DNA of 64,000 bases. Origin: Phoronis australis (Eukaryota; Animalia; Phoronida). Positions 11,972-26,343 of the stretch are shown one piece after another; the stretch's first letter is position 1, and the number at the start of each line of letters is the position of its first letter. Both the position numbers and the translations under genes were made by a program. The notes beneath the pieces were generated by a model. The model made no database searches and had not been told where the DNA came from. It worked only from the letters and a program-made list of their open reading frames with translations. The stretch spans positions 133,077-197,076 of the forward strand of contig NMRA01000182.1 of the NCBI GenBank assembly GCA_002633005.1. Reading direction: 5' to 3'.

Positions 11972-14900
11972 ACATAGTATCTAGAGCCTTATAATGAAGC
12001 GTAATTTTACCTTAAGTCTCTAAAGTAGAGACTGGAAGGCATTATTGTTATGTTATTTATCATCATCCAACTCAATGAAATCATGACGTTAATGTATTTT
12101 GCTATCAGATCTTTGTTCACAAACTCCAATGGATATACGTGATGAAGTAATGTTCAAAAGTTGAAGCACAAACAAAAAGCCGGTTAAACTATTTTAATAT
12201 TTTGCGAAAAGGAATTTTTATGCCTCAGTACTGGAACCCTTCCATTAGATGTGTTGATGAAATTGTGACTGTGTACATTCCTGACAACCTATTTCCAGGA
12301 GGATTGAAAGGTTGAATGGGATGTGCGTTATCTAATAAAATGTGAGTTACGGTGTAGCTAAGAAAGGAGAAATTTAGTCCTGCAATTTTTTTTATTTCAA
12401 CTTCATTAAAATTGATGATCAATTTGAGGTAAGCTTCTTGCTGGCTTTTTGCTTTACATCAAAAAATGTAGCGTATGTTTTCGTTATGCGAAATGAACTG
12501 TGTTACCAGAATTTGCCATCAAACTAGGATACTAATGACGTTGTTTAGACAAATTACCATCATACCACTGTCGGTTTTATTTACATGAATCAGAAATTTC
12601 AAGGTTCTAATTTTTCGTTTGAAACAAAATACTAATTAAGAAAATGGACACTGTCACATAGAATGACTACGATATTACACTAACTAAAAACTAACCCATT
12701 TTGGACAACTAAGTAACTTGGTTTTCTTTAAAAACAAAAGATTTTCCAAGTTTAAACAAAAAGTAACAAGAGGTCGAAATGGTTTAAATTAAACTCTCAG
12801 TTTCTGAGAAAAAAATGAGTCGAATTTGGTCTGGCAAGTCAAAAGATTGTCGGGTAATTGGTTTTAAATGCTCTCATGTTCACAAAACAGTGTAGGTCAG
12901 CATATGTTTTGAATTAAGTTTGTTTTCGTCATTTGAAGTATTTAGAAATGTTTTTGGTTATCTGAACTAAACACCCATCCTACGAAGCAATTGGACTTTG
13001 CATTCTTATGTCTGGAAGCTATAAAAGCGTGTGTTCGCCTCCTCTAAACTGTTGTAATCCGACTAAATGGGAAACTTATACCTCTGCTCAAGTTATACTC
13101 CTATCTTTGCATGGTGTTTGGGTGACGTTTCTTGTAAGATGCATCTGTTCTCTTTCAAACTATTAGCAGCTAACGTTGTAATCAGGCGACCGTGAATCTG
13201 TTCAGACAGTAGTTCTGTGAAGAGAAGTTTGAGTCACTTGTGGTCAGGACCGATTGTATTGGTGCAACGCATAGTCGCATGCGTTATGAAAATGATTTCC
13301 TCCTTCCAAAAAAATTCACATTTGAAAAAACTTCAGTGAAATGCTTTACGTCATCGATACAGTACAGTGAAAGTGTATTCACATCGATGCTCATATTGTG
13401 TCAAACTTTTCACAAACTGCAAAATACTACATGAGAAAATATCAATTTCTCTGTTGGTACAAATTTCGAAGTGAGTTGCCTCCCTGTCATACAGAGTAGC
13501 TGGTGGATAATATCTTATTATTTTATTCAACAATAAACACTAGATATTTTATGGCACCCTTTTAGTGGATAGCCAAGACGCAGTGCGAAGGTATCTCGGT
13601 TATGTTGAACAATGAATATTACACTTAAAGATCTTTAATTTGAAAGCGGAAAAGTCTGGTAAGTATCCTAATATCTTGGTTGAAATGTATTTTGTTGAGG
13701 CAAAACACATTAACTCAAACAGAGATATTTTACATGCTACGTCTGTCCCCGAGGCAAGACTCTATTGTACATGACATTCGTGGCTATCACTGAAGTCATT
13801 GTTGGTAAATAGCGACATCATACTGTGATGATTTGGGAGTAAATTTACGAACATTTGGTGGCGAACACACTAGGTATTTATAACATTGAAGTGCTTATTG
13901 ATTGCTAGCACATTGGTGCAAAATCGGTTTGCTCATGCGGGTGCAGAAGGTGACAAATTCGCTGAATGAAGCAATGCTACGTTAATCCTCTCTCGCAGTT
14001 TTGTATGAGTATCATTATATCACAGCTGTTATTAAGTTGTGTATTCCAGCATGTTGGTTTCTTTTGAAAACTACTGTTGTACTGGTGTTAATATCCATCG
14101 ATTTTGCAATGATGTTGCACGTCCTCGTGTCATTAAATCGTGTAATTGTGAAATGTTAAAAACGGCAGGGAGTTCGAGTGTTCCCGCTTTATCTGTGTTT
14201 CTGTGTAAATGTCCTTGAAAATTGATGTGTTTTTAGTTTGTTTGTGTTTTCTGACGGTGTTATTTATTTCGACAATTTCACTCGAAACATAGGGACACTC
14301 GACTTTTGCGAACTTTTCACCGTTTGAGAATTTCACTTCCCAGCATGCCTTTGTCTTGCCAGAAAAAATTATATTGTCGTTGTTAGTGCTAAATTTTATT
14401 CGTTTGTGTCTTGCCATATAAAATGCGAGAATGCATTTTCAAGTGACCGATTATGGTTTTCACTCAAAATATATTTTATACTTCAATGTACATATGTAAA
14501 TATGCTGTAAAATAGGGTCACTTGTGAAACTGAATTGTTGAACTGGTTTGTTATTTATTTATCATGTGCGTAATGAAATTGAAATTGAAAAAATCAAATT
14601 TAATCACCTGAATTGCGAATCCGCATGACAGGGTGATGTGTGGTCAAGTTATTTCCGACTTAAGTCTGATTGAAATTGTGGCAAACTTGAAAGGATATTC
14701 TTGCAAATTTTTGGTATTTCTACATATTATGATTAGTTGACTTGATTGTGACTGTGGATGAGTCTGTATGGCTAATAATACTATTTGGAAATATTGAAAG
14801 GATAATGTTTGCGCACGTGCTCAATTTAATTTCATTTGACAAACAAATTGTGTTGAATGGGTGTTCATACGTGATGATGTCTTAATCAGGAAAATGGTTC

Positions 14901-14990
14901 ATTTTTCATGATTTTATTGTCTTCTTAACTTCTTGTTTTTGTCTTGTGCGGATTTTTCTATTTTCTGAATTGGTGCTTTATTGTTTCTTG

Positions 14991-14996
14991 AATAAA
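14991..14996 (+). terminator. Probable poly(A) signal of fj (3' UTR of about 3 kb)
   Basis: AATAAA followed by a T/GT-rich tract at about 15018-15038, at the end of a T-rich stretch. Confidence 0.5.
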
Positions 14997-17949
14997 AAGT
15001 GTTAAATTTGCATTTACATTTTTTGTTGTTTTTTTTTCAAAATGAAAAAATCCCCGGAACATTTTCAGGCTTCTTTATTTTCGATGCCACTCTTACTTCG
15101 TCTGCTGAATAACAACAATCTGGGACCTCACATTTTATTTACTCTCACTCAGCTGTCGCTGCAAAAACCTCGTTGACAAGTACTTACATATGTCTTTCAT
15201 AAAACGAATAAAATTGGATGCTATTTGAGAACACCATGTTTCTTCTGTTGTGACAATTTATTCTCGTTTTGTAGTCGTATCACGCCTTCTCGCAGTGAAA
15301 TCTATTTCAATATTTGTGAATCTGTCGACCTAGCTTGATAGAATCCTACACTGATCGGCTTAATTTGAACTGAACCGCGAATTATCGAACCAATTCTAAA
15401 CCTGTTCTGTAGTCGTAAGTGTGTTTTCGTGAACTGGTTTGCATGGTGCTTGTCAGAATACGAACCACTTCAATAACGGGGTGTGTCATTTTAACTCAAC
15501 GGAACAGGATGAATTAAGCTGGCTGATTTGTCAAGCTTCCTCATTCTCGATTTAGTGTCAGCTTTGTGTGCACAAAAGGCCCTGTGTCGTTGCGTGTCAC
15601 GGAATTACTGAATTACTTGACGACATTTGAAAGCGTCGACCGGCCGGCTAATTACTCGGTTAACGGGTACCCCTGACGGCGGCCTGACAACGTAAACGCT
15701 GCGTTTGTCAGCAGGGGAGGTGCGAAAATCAACTTCTTAAAAATGAGACCACGGTTAGAAATGCAACTACACGATAGCGATAATATTTCATCGACCTAAA
15801 TAATATTAAACACTCAAGACAGACATTCCACTATGGCTAAGTTCAACAGTAGACAAAAAGCACACTAGAAGTTGAAATCAATCTGCCCTTTTTTCGTTTA
15901 CTTCGAAAATGCATTTAGTGATATCGGCATTTGAAAACAATGTTGAAACTTCTATTCAAGTCATAGACAAAGAAATGAAAGGACACAGGCCCATTCGACT
16001 CGTAACAATAAATTCAATTTACCACTCGAATGATCATAAAAACACCAAACATTTTTGAATGCGAATTCAATAAGCGATTTCTGTTAAGATCTCGGCTCGG
16101 TTACTGACTGAATGTTTCAAAAAGACTTCATAGATCGTATTGTGTTTCACGCGAGATCACGGTTTCTTAATTCTGTTGATGAAGCTTTTGTGCATTTATT
16201 CGTTTTGTTGATTTTACCTAACGTGCGTACTCGCCCGCTAGCCGCGTTTGTGGCCAGAATTGTAGACTGTGTTGACACGATTATTCAAAATCGAGTTTTA
16301 TAAATATTTTCATAGTTCCTCGTGTGAATGCTGACTTTTCTTTCGGAGGCCTTGTTGTGCTCGACTTACGAAACGTGTTTGATTTGATTTAAGATTGAAT
16401 TGTACACCTCTTATTGAATGTAAGACGTTCAACACACAAATAAGCGTGATTTGAATTTCTGATCAAAAGCGTTATGCATTGAAAGTACTAGACGAACCCC
16501 AGACCCGTGTAATATTCCATAATGAAATTTCACATTTTCATAACAAATTTTCAGTCTCAGGGTATTCAGGGTAGGGAACATGGGAAGTTCAAATTGCGAT
16601 ATGTTGTTCGCAAAACTGTGAGAAATTCGGGTATTTTATTTTGACGAGCTTCTTATTTTCAGTTTCTGTGACAATTTTGTCCCGAAACTCGATAAGATAA
16701 AATCTTTAAATTTTCAAAGAAATTTCATTGTATATAAACAAAAATTTAATATCATGTGAAGAGCGTGTGTCGCGATAAGTAACAAAGCACATGATGGTTA
16801 TGGTACAACTGTAATTCTAATCAAATTATGAATAATAACTTCCTCACATTCAAAATAGTTCAACCAAAAATGTCCATGAAAATTATTTAAATTTATTCAC
16901 CTCTCCACAAGGCAAACTTTGCTCCTCTCTACCTTGGTTTTAATGTAATCTATTATCAAGTTGCCTGTTAGATCTAAACAACAGAACTCCATTTCTGTAC
17001 TATATCAAACTTGACCTCTTGGCCCTGCTTGAATTATGTATGCTCTATGCGGCACTAGATATTTATAACAGATGTAGTTCCAGGTTCATATTCAGATTTT
17101 TAATAGTTTGCTTATAACTGAAATGTTACGAAGAAGTTTACTAGAAATGTACATACAAGCCAAGAGATTTTTACCATTTACACTGTTCCAGGTGGCGGTT
17201 TCTATATTGTCACCGAGGCCGTAACGATTGGTGTTTGGTTATCAGCCAAAAAGCAAACGCGTGACCCATGTGACTTACACAGTACGTACTCGTCCTTCCA
17301 ATACGATTGTCGCATTTTGTGCAATCGACTGTGAAGTATGAAACAGCATCGGCAATTTTTTCACTTGCAAATAAGTCTACTGCTGCAGCGGTGTAGGATT
17401 TACTGAGACTGTCTTAGGAGATCAATAGAAATTTGGAAGAATATAGAAAACATCCACGTGTAACCGTAATTTTGGCTTCGCACGTATTTAATTTGTAAAA
17501 ATAAACATCGATAACTTTAAATCAGTCAAAACACACACACCAAACTATTGTCAAACATTTGATAGGTGTTAGATAAAAACGAACATGTTCACCCTTAGGT
17601 TATGAACCTAGTTCACTTTCAACTCAGGTGCGACTGCGAACATTGCACTGCAAATGAAACGATCTCCATTTGACCACCTGACCGTGCCCGAGGGCTATGC
17701 GCGGTTTACATGCTTGTAAACACTCGATAATGAGTACTTTCACGCCTTGGGAGATTTTATGAGCCACTAAAACAGCAGGGATCTATTCATTGATCAAACG
17801 AGGACACACAGTGTTTTGTTTTGGTGATAACGTGAAAACAACCTACCGTTGTGTAGCCGCCCATTTCATCACCTTTGACAACATAATGCAGATTGGAAAT
17901 TCATTCCCTGCCAGTGAAATACTTTCCCAGTGGTACAACGGTTTCTCTG

Positions 17950-18085
17950 CCGCCTCCCTCCCTCCCTCCCTCCCACCCTCCCTCCCTCCCTCACTCACTC
18001 ATTCTCCGCTTCCTTCCTCCCTCTCTTCCTGTCTTCCTCCGTCTCTGTTGTGTGGCTCTCTGCCTCCCATCTCCCTCTCTCTCTT
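17950..18085 (+). repeat. CT-rich polypyrimidine / (CCCT)n simple repeat
   Basis: cgcctccctccctccctccctcccaccctccctccctccctcactcactc... Confidence 0.85.
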
Positions 18086-20098
18086 GCAGAGTCTCTGTAT
18101 GCTTCCGAAAAAAAAACGAAAAAATAGAACACAACTATTTTACAAGTGTCTTCTTTTGGGGCTGGAATTTAGCACCTACCCACACATCAGGTCGGTTGGG
18201 CGTTCCGGAAACTGAACTTTTTTAGCCTCCCTTGTCAGCAACAAATCTAATCCACCACTTGTAAGTTTAAACGACTTTTAAACTGTCTCGAAATCTTAAA
18301 GTGTATTTCACTATAGCGAGTGACAAAATGGGCATAATGTGCTTTCAATTCTCAATGGAAATAAATTTTGACATTCATTGATAATTCAAAATTCCTTTGT
18401 TGTCGTCGATACTATAAAATTCATTTGTTGTCTGGTTTAAAGAATGCATAGTTTTCTAACGTTTGTGAAAAACTAACATAGTTTGTAGACTTAGTGTGAA
18501 ATCTCAAAGCGCTTCTCTTCGCAACAAGTGTTTCTACCTACGGGATAACCCCAATTATGAATCGAGCACAGCTAGAGCATATTTTTCACTTCAGTAGATA
18601 ATTGCCAAGACACGCGAACGAAAATTGCTTATTTCCAAGGATGTCACTTTCAATTTAAATGTCAACTAAACACAGGAAACATATATTCCAGACGGGAGGA
18701 GATGGTATTAACTTTCGACAAAAATTAGAAACTTCCAAACGAAGCCAGATGTCTTTGTGCGTGCAATTTGGTCGCGAACAGATCGCCCAATATGATATCA
18801 GTAAGGTGCTGACTGCGTTTGAGACCTGTCAAAAATTCAAGAAAAAAAACATTGGGAAATGGAAATTTGACATGTACTTTCTCGAAACAACCCTCCACGA
18901 AGAAAAACTCTGGAAATAGTGCCAATCGTTGGTGACTTAGCACTGAAGCAATGTCCCCTCTTCACGTGTACAAGTCTCATTTTGCCGGGGTTAATACGAA
19001 AAGAACAAACAATTATTTGATAATTTGTGAGTTGTTGAATTCAGAGCATCAGTTAGTCTCGTACTATGCACGGTTTGATATTTCTCTAAGTGGTACAGAT
19101 TCAGCTCGCAACAAACCCGCGGTCAGGTCGTCGAACTGCGGACGAATTCAAAGATAATGCATACTGGGGAATGCGAGTAACTCTTTTTATGTCAAGAACT
19201 AGACTATTTGCGTTACACGCATTTACTGCACTGGCAATTTTTGCGTCGAGAGAAAAAAATGGGTGCACGCATTATGTTTTCATTGCATGTCTGTCTGTCT
19301 AGTCATTTACGCCAACAGGAAGGAGTATAATTGAATATAGGTATGTATCTTGACACTAAACGTACCCGGCGAAATTTAGTCAAATTTCAAGAAAAAACAC
19401 TGAGAAACACAAACAATAATTTGATAACTTTTAATACCATTTCATCGCATAAACACCCCAAGTCGCTCTGGTGTGTCGCTGAAAGGGCAATTTGTTATGA
19501 AATTAAGATAAGACTACAAAGCGGCTATCGTTTGACTGTTACAAGATTACCATTTAAAGCGACAAGGTAAACGATTTCTACTCGGATTCACGCCCTGGGT
19601 ACTGTGTGTCCGCACGACATTGTTTAGAATGATAACACAGATCAGTTTACACAGGCTCGAGTTGACATGGAATCTCCTCATGATAACCCTAACATGTTTT
19701 TAACCTCTAAATTGAATTTCTGTTTTAATATGCCGTCGTAAGGGAAGCAGACGGGTAGACCATTGTGTTGTCAAGCGTTGAGCGAGCGGTACAGCCGTGG
19801 GTTATTTAATTGTGGTTAAAATCTGCCTCTCTCTTAAGCACAAGTATCAGTTTAACATAGTGCAACTGATCTGTAGACCAAAATGCTTCAGTACACACTG
19901 TAAGCGTTGCCGACAAGACCGAAGCGATTTTGGCATTTTACGTCAAGTAACTTGCCACCGTCAAAATCACACTTCGCTACTACTATCGACACAATGAAAT
20001 TAAATGAAACTGTATTGAATTTACGTTGATCTCTTTTGGTTTCATTTTAGTTAAATCTTTTTTAAAGAAATAATTCAAATTCATCGCAAATCAGTTAA

Positions 20099-21725
20099 AG
20101 GTCCACTGACCGAGGGTTGCTGTTAACAAACTTTTTCTGTGCATGATTAACGTTACAAAGTTAATGTGTCAACGGAAGCGTAACTGGTTCTCGTCGCTGT
20201 TTTATTTTTTTGCAAATTTGTATTTTTAGTTACCCCGGTACTGCTTGAGACCTTGCTATACGAGTCGACTTGTCACGTGACTGTGTTGATAACCAGATGT
20301 TAGTACTGTCCAAGACAAGAAATCAATTCATAATTCAGTGAGGAAATGGTTAAGATCAGCTTTATAACCTGCAATGACCTGAACAAAAGTAAGTTTTTCT
20401 GAAAAAACGCAAGTTTACAGACACTTTTCAAAAACATGAGCTAAATCCTAAATGGATGGAAACATCAAAATTGCATTTCCTAATTATTTACCTGCAAAAA
20501 AAGAAAATGAATAATCCATTTAAGCTCACAAAATCCGTCTCACAATGCTCCATACATGATACCTAGGATTTGATTTCCGTTCGCAAGATGAATAAAGAAG
20601 CCACCATAAACTCAAGAAAACGCTTTAGAGATTACCGGGGTTGGCCAACCCTAAAATTACGAATTCAAAACTGTACAGAATGGAGGCACTGGCTGTGACT
20701 TGATTTGCTGGTTCATTCGGCAGCAATTCAATAGCAGTCTTGTGTGATAATGTTGCTAGCCATCAAAGCGCTTCAGTTTGAAATTCAACATTGACAACTA
20801 TAAACAGCGGCAAATAAAGGCCCCTTTATAGTTTTTGTTAGCCAACGCACGTGTTTAAATTCGCAAAACACATGGAATAGTATATAACTTCCTCCATGTG
20901 TCAGAAAATCTGATTTCGAATTGTTAGAGTTAATACAAATACACAAGTTTTAAGGTTCTGTAGAACCCTAGAAAACTAATGTCTCATTTTCGCCGACTTC
21001 TGAACATCATATCTCCCAGAGCTGATTGGAGTCAAAGGAAACGTTCATATATTATGCTTTATTCACAGTTCCCCAAAAGCAGTTAGGAATTGTTTTTGAA
21101 AAGTTCTACTTTTGCATGAGGATTATCAAAAGTAGAACTTAGTACGCGATATTTTGAAAAAAATGAATATTTCATAAAACGAACAAAACGATCATAATTT
21201 AGAAACAACGTAACGTTTTGGGGATTTTTATCTTGAATATTTATATCATAAGTTATGTTCTTGATTTTGCTGTTTTGCTGATTTTCCTAATAACCAAGGC
21301 CACGTAACCTAGCTAGTTGCAGATTACTCCAAGATCATAAATCAAATCGGAAATTGTACTTTCAGGAAATATACAATTTTGCTGAGCTTAATTCTGAAAT
21401 TTTGTAGGTATTTGGCTAATCTTGTACAAACTTGACGATAGCGTAATAAAAATGTTTAATATTAAAGTTCAAAATCCACCCTGGCTAACTCACAAGCTGA
21501 CCAATATCAAATATACCGTAGTAATTGTTTTCTGCAAGGAAATGCCGCGTGAAAGGAAAGCATCTGTTAGCTATATCACAGCGTCGGCACTGTTTGGTGA
21601 GAAACGCGTTTCATTGGAATTTGACAGATTTACAAGTTTTTTCTACTAATGGTAAACCAATAAGAGGCGTGCCCACAAAAATACAACTTAAAGCTTTTAA
21701 GCGGAAATAAAAGCTTGGTCACTAT
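20099..21725. mobile_element. Possible degenerate non-autonomous Kolobok-like DNA transposon
   Basis: TTAA|AGGTCCACTGACCGA at the left and a partially complementary TTGGTCACTATA at the right; boundaries uncertain. Confidence 0.3.
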
Positions 21726-24282
21726 AACGATTACGGCTGTTTAAGGTGGAAAATACATAAATAAATATGTAAAACGCATTTATTGTTAATTGTAACCGAT
21801 TGTGTTAGTTGTTGGAATAATATTTTGGGACAGTAGGTAACGCAAGAAAGGATGTCAACACAGTAACGCGATGAAAGACATTTAAGTCGCTTCAGTACAA
21901 AAGTAGTCTGAATATCAAGACACACACACGCACACAGTTACTTCGCGACTACATGATGCGTTCATCAGAAAATGGACATGGAGGAAGGAATGCTGTGAAC
22001 AGAGCACATTATGCCATGCCTCATAGAAATCACAAGAGGAGCCCGTCGAAGCGTAGCATTCATACACTGTCAAGTCTCTGCGTTTTGGCTATCTGCTTTC
22101 TCCGTTTTCAATTACATCCTTTTGTTGACTTCAGCGTGAACGTGTTGATTTGGTCACCAACGTTTAACCGGCCATTCAAAAGTGTCATCTTTCTTGTCTC
22201 CATCAATGTTTTGACACCTGCTCAATTGCATCCAATTCCTGGCTGGATTTAGAAAACTGATGAAGCAGTCGTCCATCATCCTGTCCAAAGTATCGGTCAA
22301 AGCTTCTTTTTAATATTTTTGGTTTTTATTTTATGTCAACAACACCGATTGGTTTAGCAGGTTTGCTTTGTTCAGATATTTCAATTGTATGTTCTTTTAT
22401 TTTATTTTACAAACACGTTAGTTTCAATCACAAAATACTTGAATCCTTTGGTTTTTTTACTTTATGTCTGAAATATAATGAGAATTAGCAAGAGACATTA
22501 TTCCTTGGTTACGATCGATTTCCAATCTGCTGGCTATTGCCGAGTCCATATGTCACGAGGTATTTTTCCTTATACATCACCTGTCAATCAATTGTATCTT
22601 AGTTGGTCACCTAGCAACAATTCCGACGTCAGAATTTGTTTGATTATCAGTAAATACGAGTCTTTCCGTCTTCCGTGTCAGCGTTAATTTCTGGTAATGG
22701 TGGCCGCATTGCACTGAAGATGATTGCTGCACCCGACTGTGGGTTTACACGTGAAAGGTTTCGTGACTGACATGGATGGCAATTTGAACAATTAGGCACT
22801 TAGTGTGAATATGTTGCTTGACATTTGAAGCCACACACAGCGCTTCATTTACAAATCTCATTTTTCTCTGCACTATGTGGTGCCAAAACTTGAACAAAAA
22901 TTCCCTGAAATACGAATACAAAAAATAGTTTTACTGGGAACTATTGGTGATTCTTGTATTCCAAAAAATATTTCAGCTTCTTTTGCAAGGCAAAGAAGTT
23001 AGGAAAATGCTATAGTTAAGTCTAATTGCAGAAAAATAAAGAAAGGACTTCTCAGACTATGTCAGCTATCTTACGCAACCTTGTCATGATCTGCATTTCT
23101 CATTCAATTACTGCATCTCACGTTCAAACCGAACACAGTTTCCACTTCAAAAACACAGAAACAGTAATTCTCATTGGGGCTCTACAACTAGCCGTGTTTA
23201 TTGTCAAAATTCCAAAACTGCTCTCTGCAATCAAAGTCAGTTGTGACAACTTTTTCTCTAACGTCTAGTGCTGCGTTCTGTAAAGCAAAGTTTGGGATTT
23301 ATGGAATAAGAAAAATGCCATTCGTTCCAACTAAAATCATATCCAGGTTAAACTCACTACGTTATTTCTTACGGTAAAACATCCATGGGCACCGTGAACA
23401 TTTAAAGTGCGACTCACCTGATTGTCAGTATATCGACTGGAGATACCCAACAAGTGATAAAGAACATTTGGGGAATTATCCGCCTAATGATCTGTAGCGA
23501 ATGCTCCACATTTGTATAAGACATACCTAAGTTTAATATATGAGAAAAATAACATGGTGTCAACATTTAATATTTTATTGACGTAGAACCCGATTGACAG
23601 ACCAGCATTTTCAATGTTTCATTTTTCGCTTGAACGTGAATTTTTTAAAAGATAGTAGACTGCAGACGGAAAACTGAGGCGGTATTTGGAGCATGTCTTA
23701 CGGTCAGCACTCAAAAACAACTCACTTGTTCACTATCTGTCAATTTATACAAAATCTATCTATAAAATCCAACCCTGGCGATGACTGATAAACTTGTTGT
23801 TTAAGAATAAATAAAAAATATGAGACACGTTTACCTGGGTCAAAGTGTGTAAATTTTCGTGCTAATTTATCGATGCGATCAAGAAAAACGATATTTTTAC
23901 CAAAACTCACTGAAAATCGACAGGCCTGCCCGACATGGGTCATGCCTTGGTTGAACAGAATGGACGTCCTAAACAAATAGCACGTTTGACACAAGAAGTC
24001 GTTCAAATAATTGTCAATATTGTAGCAACAAAATTAGAGAAATTGTCTTAAAACGTACGTGAAGAATGCGCACAGAAATCTACGAGAATGGCAGTTAACC
24101 TCATACACTGCATGTACTGGTTAAGGTCCAAAGAACATAACACTTTTAAAAGATCGTTATTTTTCAGCGAGGAGCTACTGTAACAGTAGACTGTGGTAAT
24201 GACGTGAAGCAACGCCGCCGACTACGTTCCTGACTTGTTTAGTGAAATACAAAGGAAGTTCCTGAACACGAAAGCTCACAGG

Positions 24283-24441
24283 CAGTGCTGTAGTGGGGCG
24301 TAGGCGCACATAGGCGCAGCCAACCACCTTTTGGCATTTGAGGGCAGCGCCTATGCACCGAAAGTTACGTTCAGTGCTTAAAGTGATACGGGGGGGGGCT
24401 CTGGGCGCCTACTTACCTCTAATTTTACCGCTACAACACTG
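24283..24441. mobile_element. hAT-type MITE (159 bp)
   Basis: TIR CAGTGCTGTAGTGG / CCGCTACAACACTG; perfect 8-bp TSD CTCACAGG at 24275-24282 and 24442-24449. Confidence 0.85.
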
Positions 24442-26337
24442 CTCACAGGTCGCGAAAATTATCCGATATACTCACACAATTCATAAACAGTAATTTATAC
24501 AATCAGTAATATTCGACGTTTTGTTATCACAATTTTAATTATTTTTTAGTTTTGGTTAAAGCATAATTTAATGTATTGCGTATAAAATTGAGGTCCGACT
24601 GGCCACGCAAGAGTTGAGTTCCGAAATGCCGATTACAATAACAACACTCAGCAAAGCTATGTCGACGAAACCGTTAAACCAGGAGTAGAACAACGAATAT
24701 CTTAAAATAAAAAAATATTTGAAAGTAAAATTCATTGAAATATCCAAACATTTCGGCCGTAACAAATCCTCATCAGTCGAGTTGCATCGATATTGATATG
24801 CTTGGATGTTTCAAGATTTTCGCAGACAAACGCCATAAAAATTCACTGTTTCACCTCAAGATGTTGACTTTTATCAAAAATCAGTTTTTGATTGTAATCG
24901 CTTATTACAAGCGAGGTCTGGTTGAGATGAGGTCCTCGACGCGACGCCACTGACTCAGTCTCTATTTGTTCAGTTAGCGACAGGTGTCTCGTATTTGATG
25001 ACCAACCCAGAGGGTATCGGGTACGTCGAGTCCTCATCTGTTACGTAACTATTCGTCACCATCATTAATTCCGGCCTCCACGAATGAGATATGACAACGA
25101 GATGAGACTTTTCCAGGCGGACTATCGGTTCCATTGTTGTGATGGCAATGATAACGTTCAAGTATAGATTATAATGTTTGTCAACGATTTCAAAGGGTTT
25201 AATGTGAAGTATTTGAATACAAATTGACCGAATTTTGCTTCAGGCGAAAAACAAACTGTCTATTTTGATCAGATACATAGTCTGAGATTTTTGAAGGCTG
25301 TACAACACGTTTAAATTGGATTGTCAGCTAAGTGAACTTAAAGTAGCCGCCAGTGGTAAATACGACCAGTGTTAGGCCTATTCGTCGTATCTATTGTACC
25401 CTGAACTATTGCGGACTATGAAATAAAAATTTGCGTGTGTATTTGGAGGAACGCATGAGGTGCTATATTTTAAATCTAAGCACAAATTAAAAGAGTACGA
25501 ATTCCGGATCATACGTCACACTTGAAGCGCTAGCGAATTTATGGTAAAAAAACTCAACTGGTATTCGCTATCAAAAAAATCGTTATCAACAAAAATGTCA
25601 TATAACTACTAATAAAACAGTAAATTTTGTCATTAAAATTCTTCACAGCATAGACTCGCAGATTTACGCAAGCTTAGAATCGCAATTTCTGGTAGATACT
25701 TGAGCGACACCTATTGTAATTTTTAGTAACTAGACTAGTGAGCTCCAGTGCAACATCATCACCCTATATGTAGAAGAATTCGAAGGCCATCGGCCCCTGT
25801 GTACGAAGCCATATATAGCCATTTTTAATTGCGTAATGAAGTGCGTGCTGACCGCTTACAATTTCGTACACTCTACTAAATTCACCCAAAATAATTCACC
25901 AACTTCCTTCCCAGCTGTTTAGTCGCATAGACTTGAACAGTGAAGTCACCCTGAACAAAGTACCTTCAAATCATGCTTTAAAAGTCATCTCATTATGTTA
26001 AAAATACTAAATTCTCTCAACCTAACCGAGATTTCACGTTTGGTTCTGTATAGTTCCTGCTAAAAATGCCAAAGACCAGCCTTCCTTCTCTAATATTCTA
26101 AAAATTGTTGGAGCTACTCAACTGTCTCTCAATGTCACATCAGCTGAAGATACTTCAGGACATTCTGTTAATTTCAAACAAACATGCATACCTCTTGAAC
26201 AATTTAAAATCATAACTGATTTTAATTGAAATTGTGGAGTAGTTAATTACAGTTACCTCTGTTTTGTGGAAGGGCTGTGAATGACATAAAACAGCAAAAT
26301 GAAAGTATTGAAATAAAAGGACCTGGGAGAATAAATT

Positions 26338-26343
26338 TTTATT
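26338..26343 (-). terminator. Probable poly(A) signal of the Bud6-like gene
   Basis: AATAAA on the minus strand about 1.95 kb after the stop codon, near the end of the CpG-poor block. Confidence 0.4.

Noticed and set aside
15632-15672. Polylinker/vector contamination
   Set aside because: The site order matches no vector I recognise and the flanks are continuous genomic sequence.
17790-18225. Three overlapping Pro/Ser/Leu-rich ORFs
   Set aside because: Artefact of the CT-rich simple repeat.
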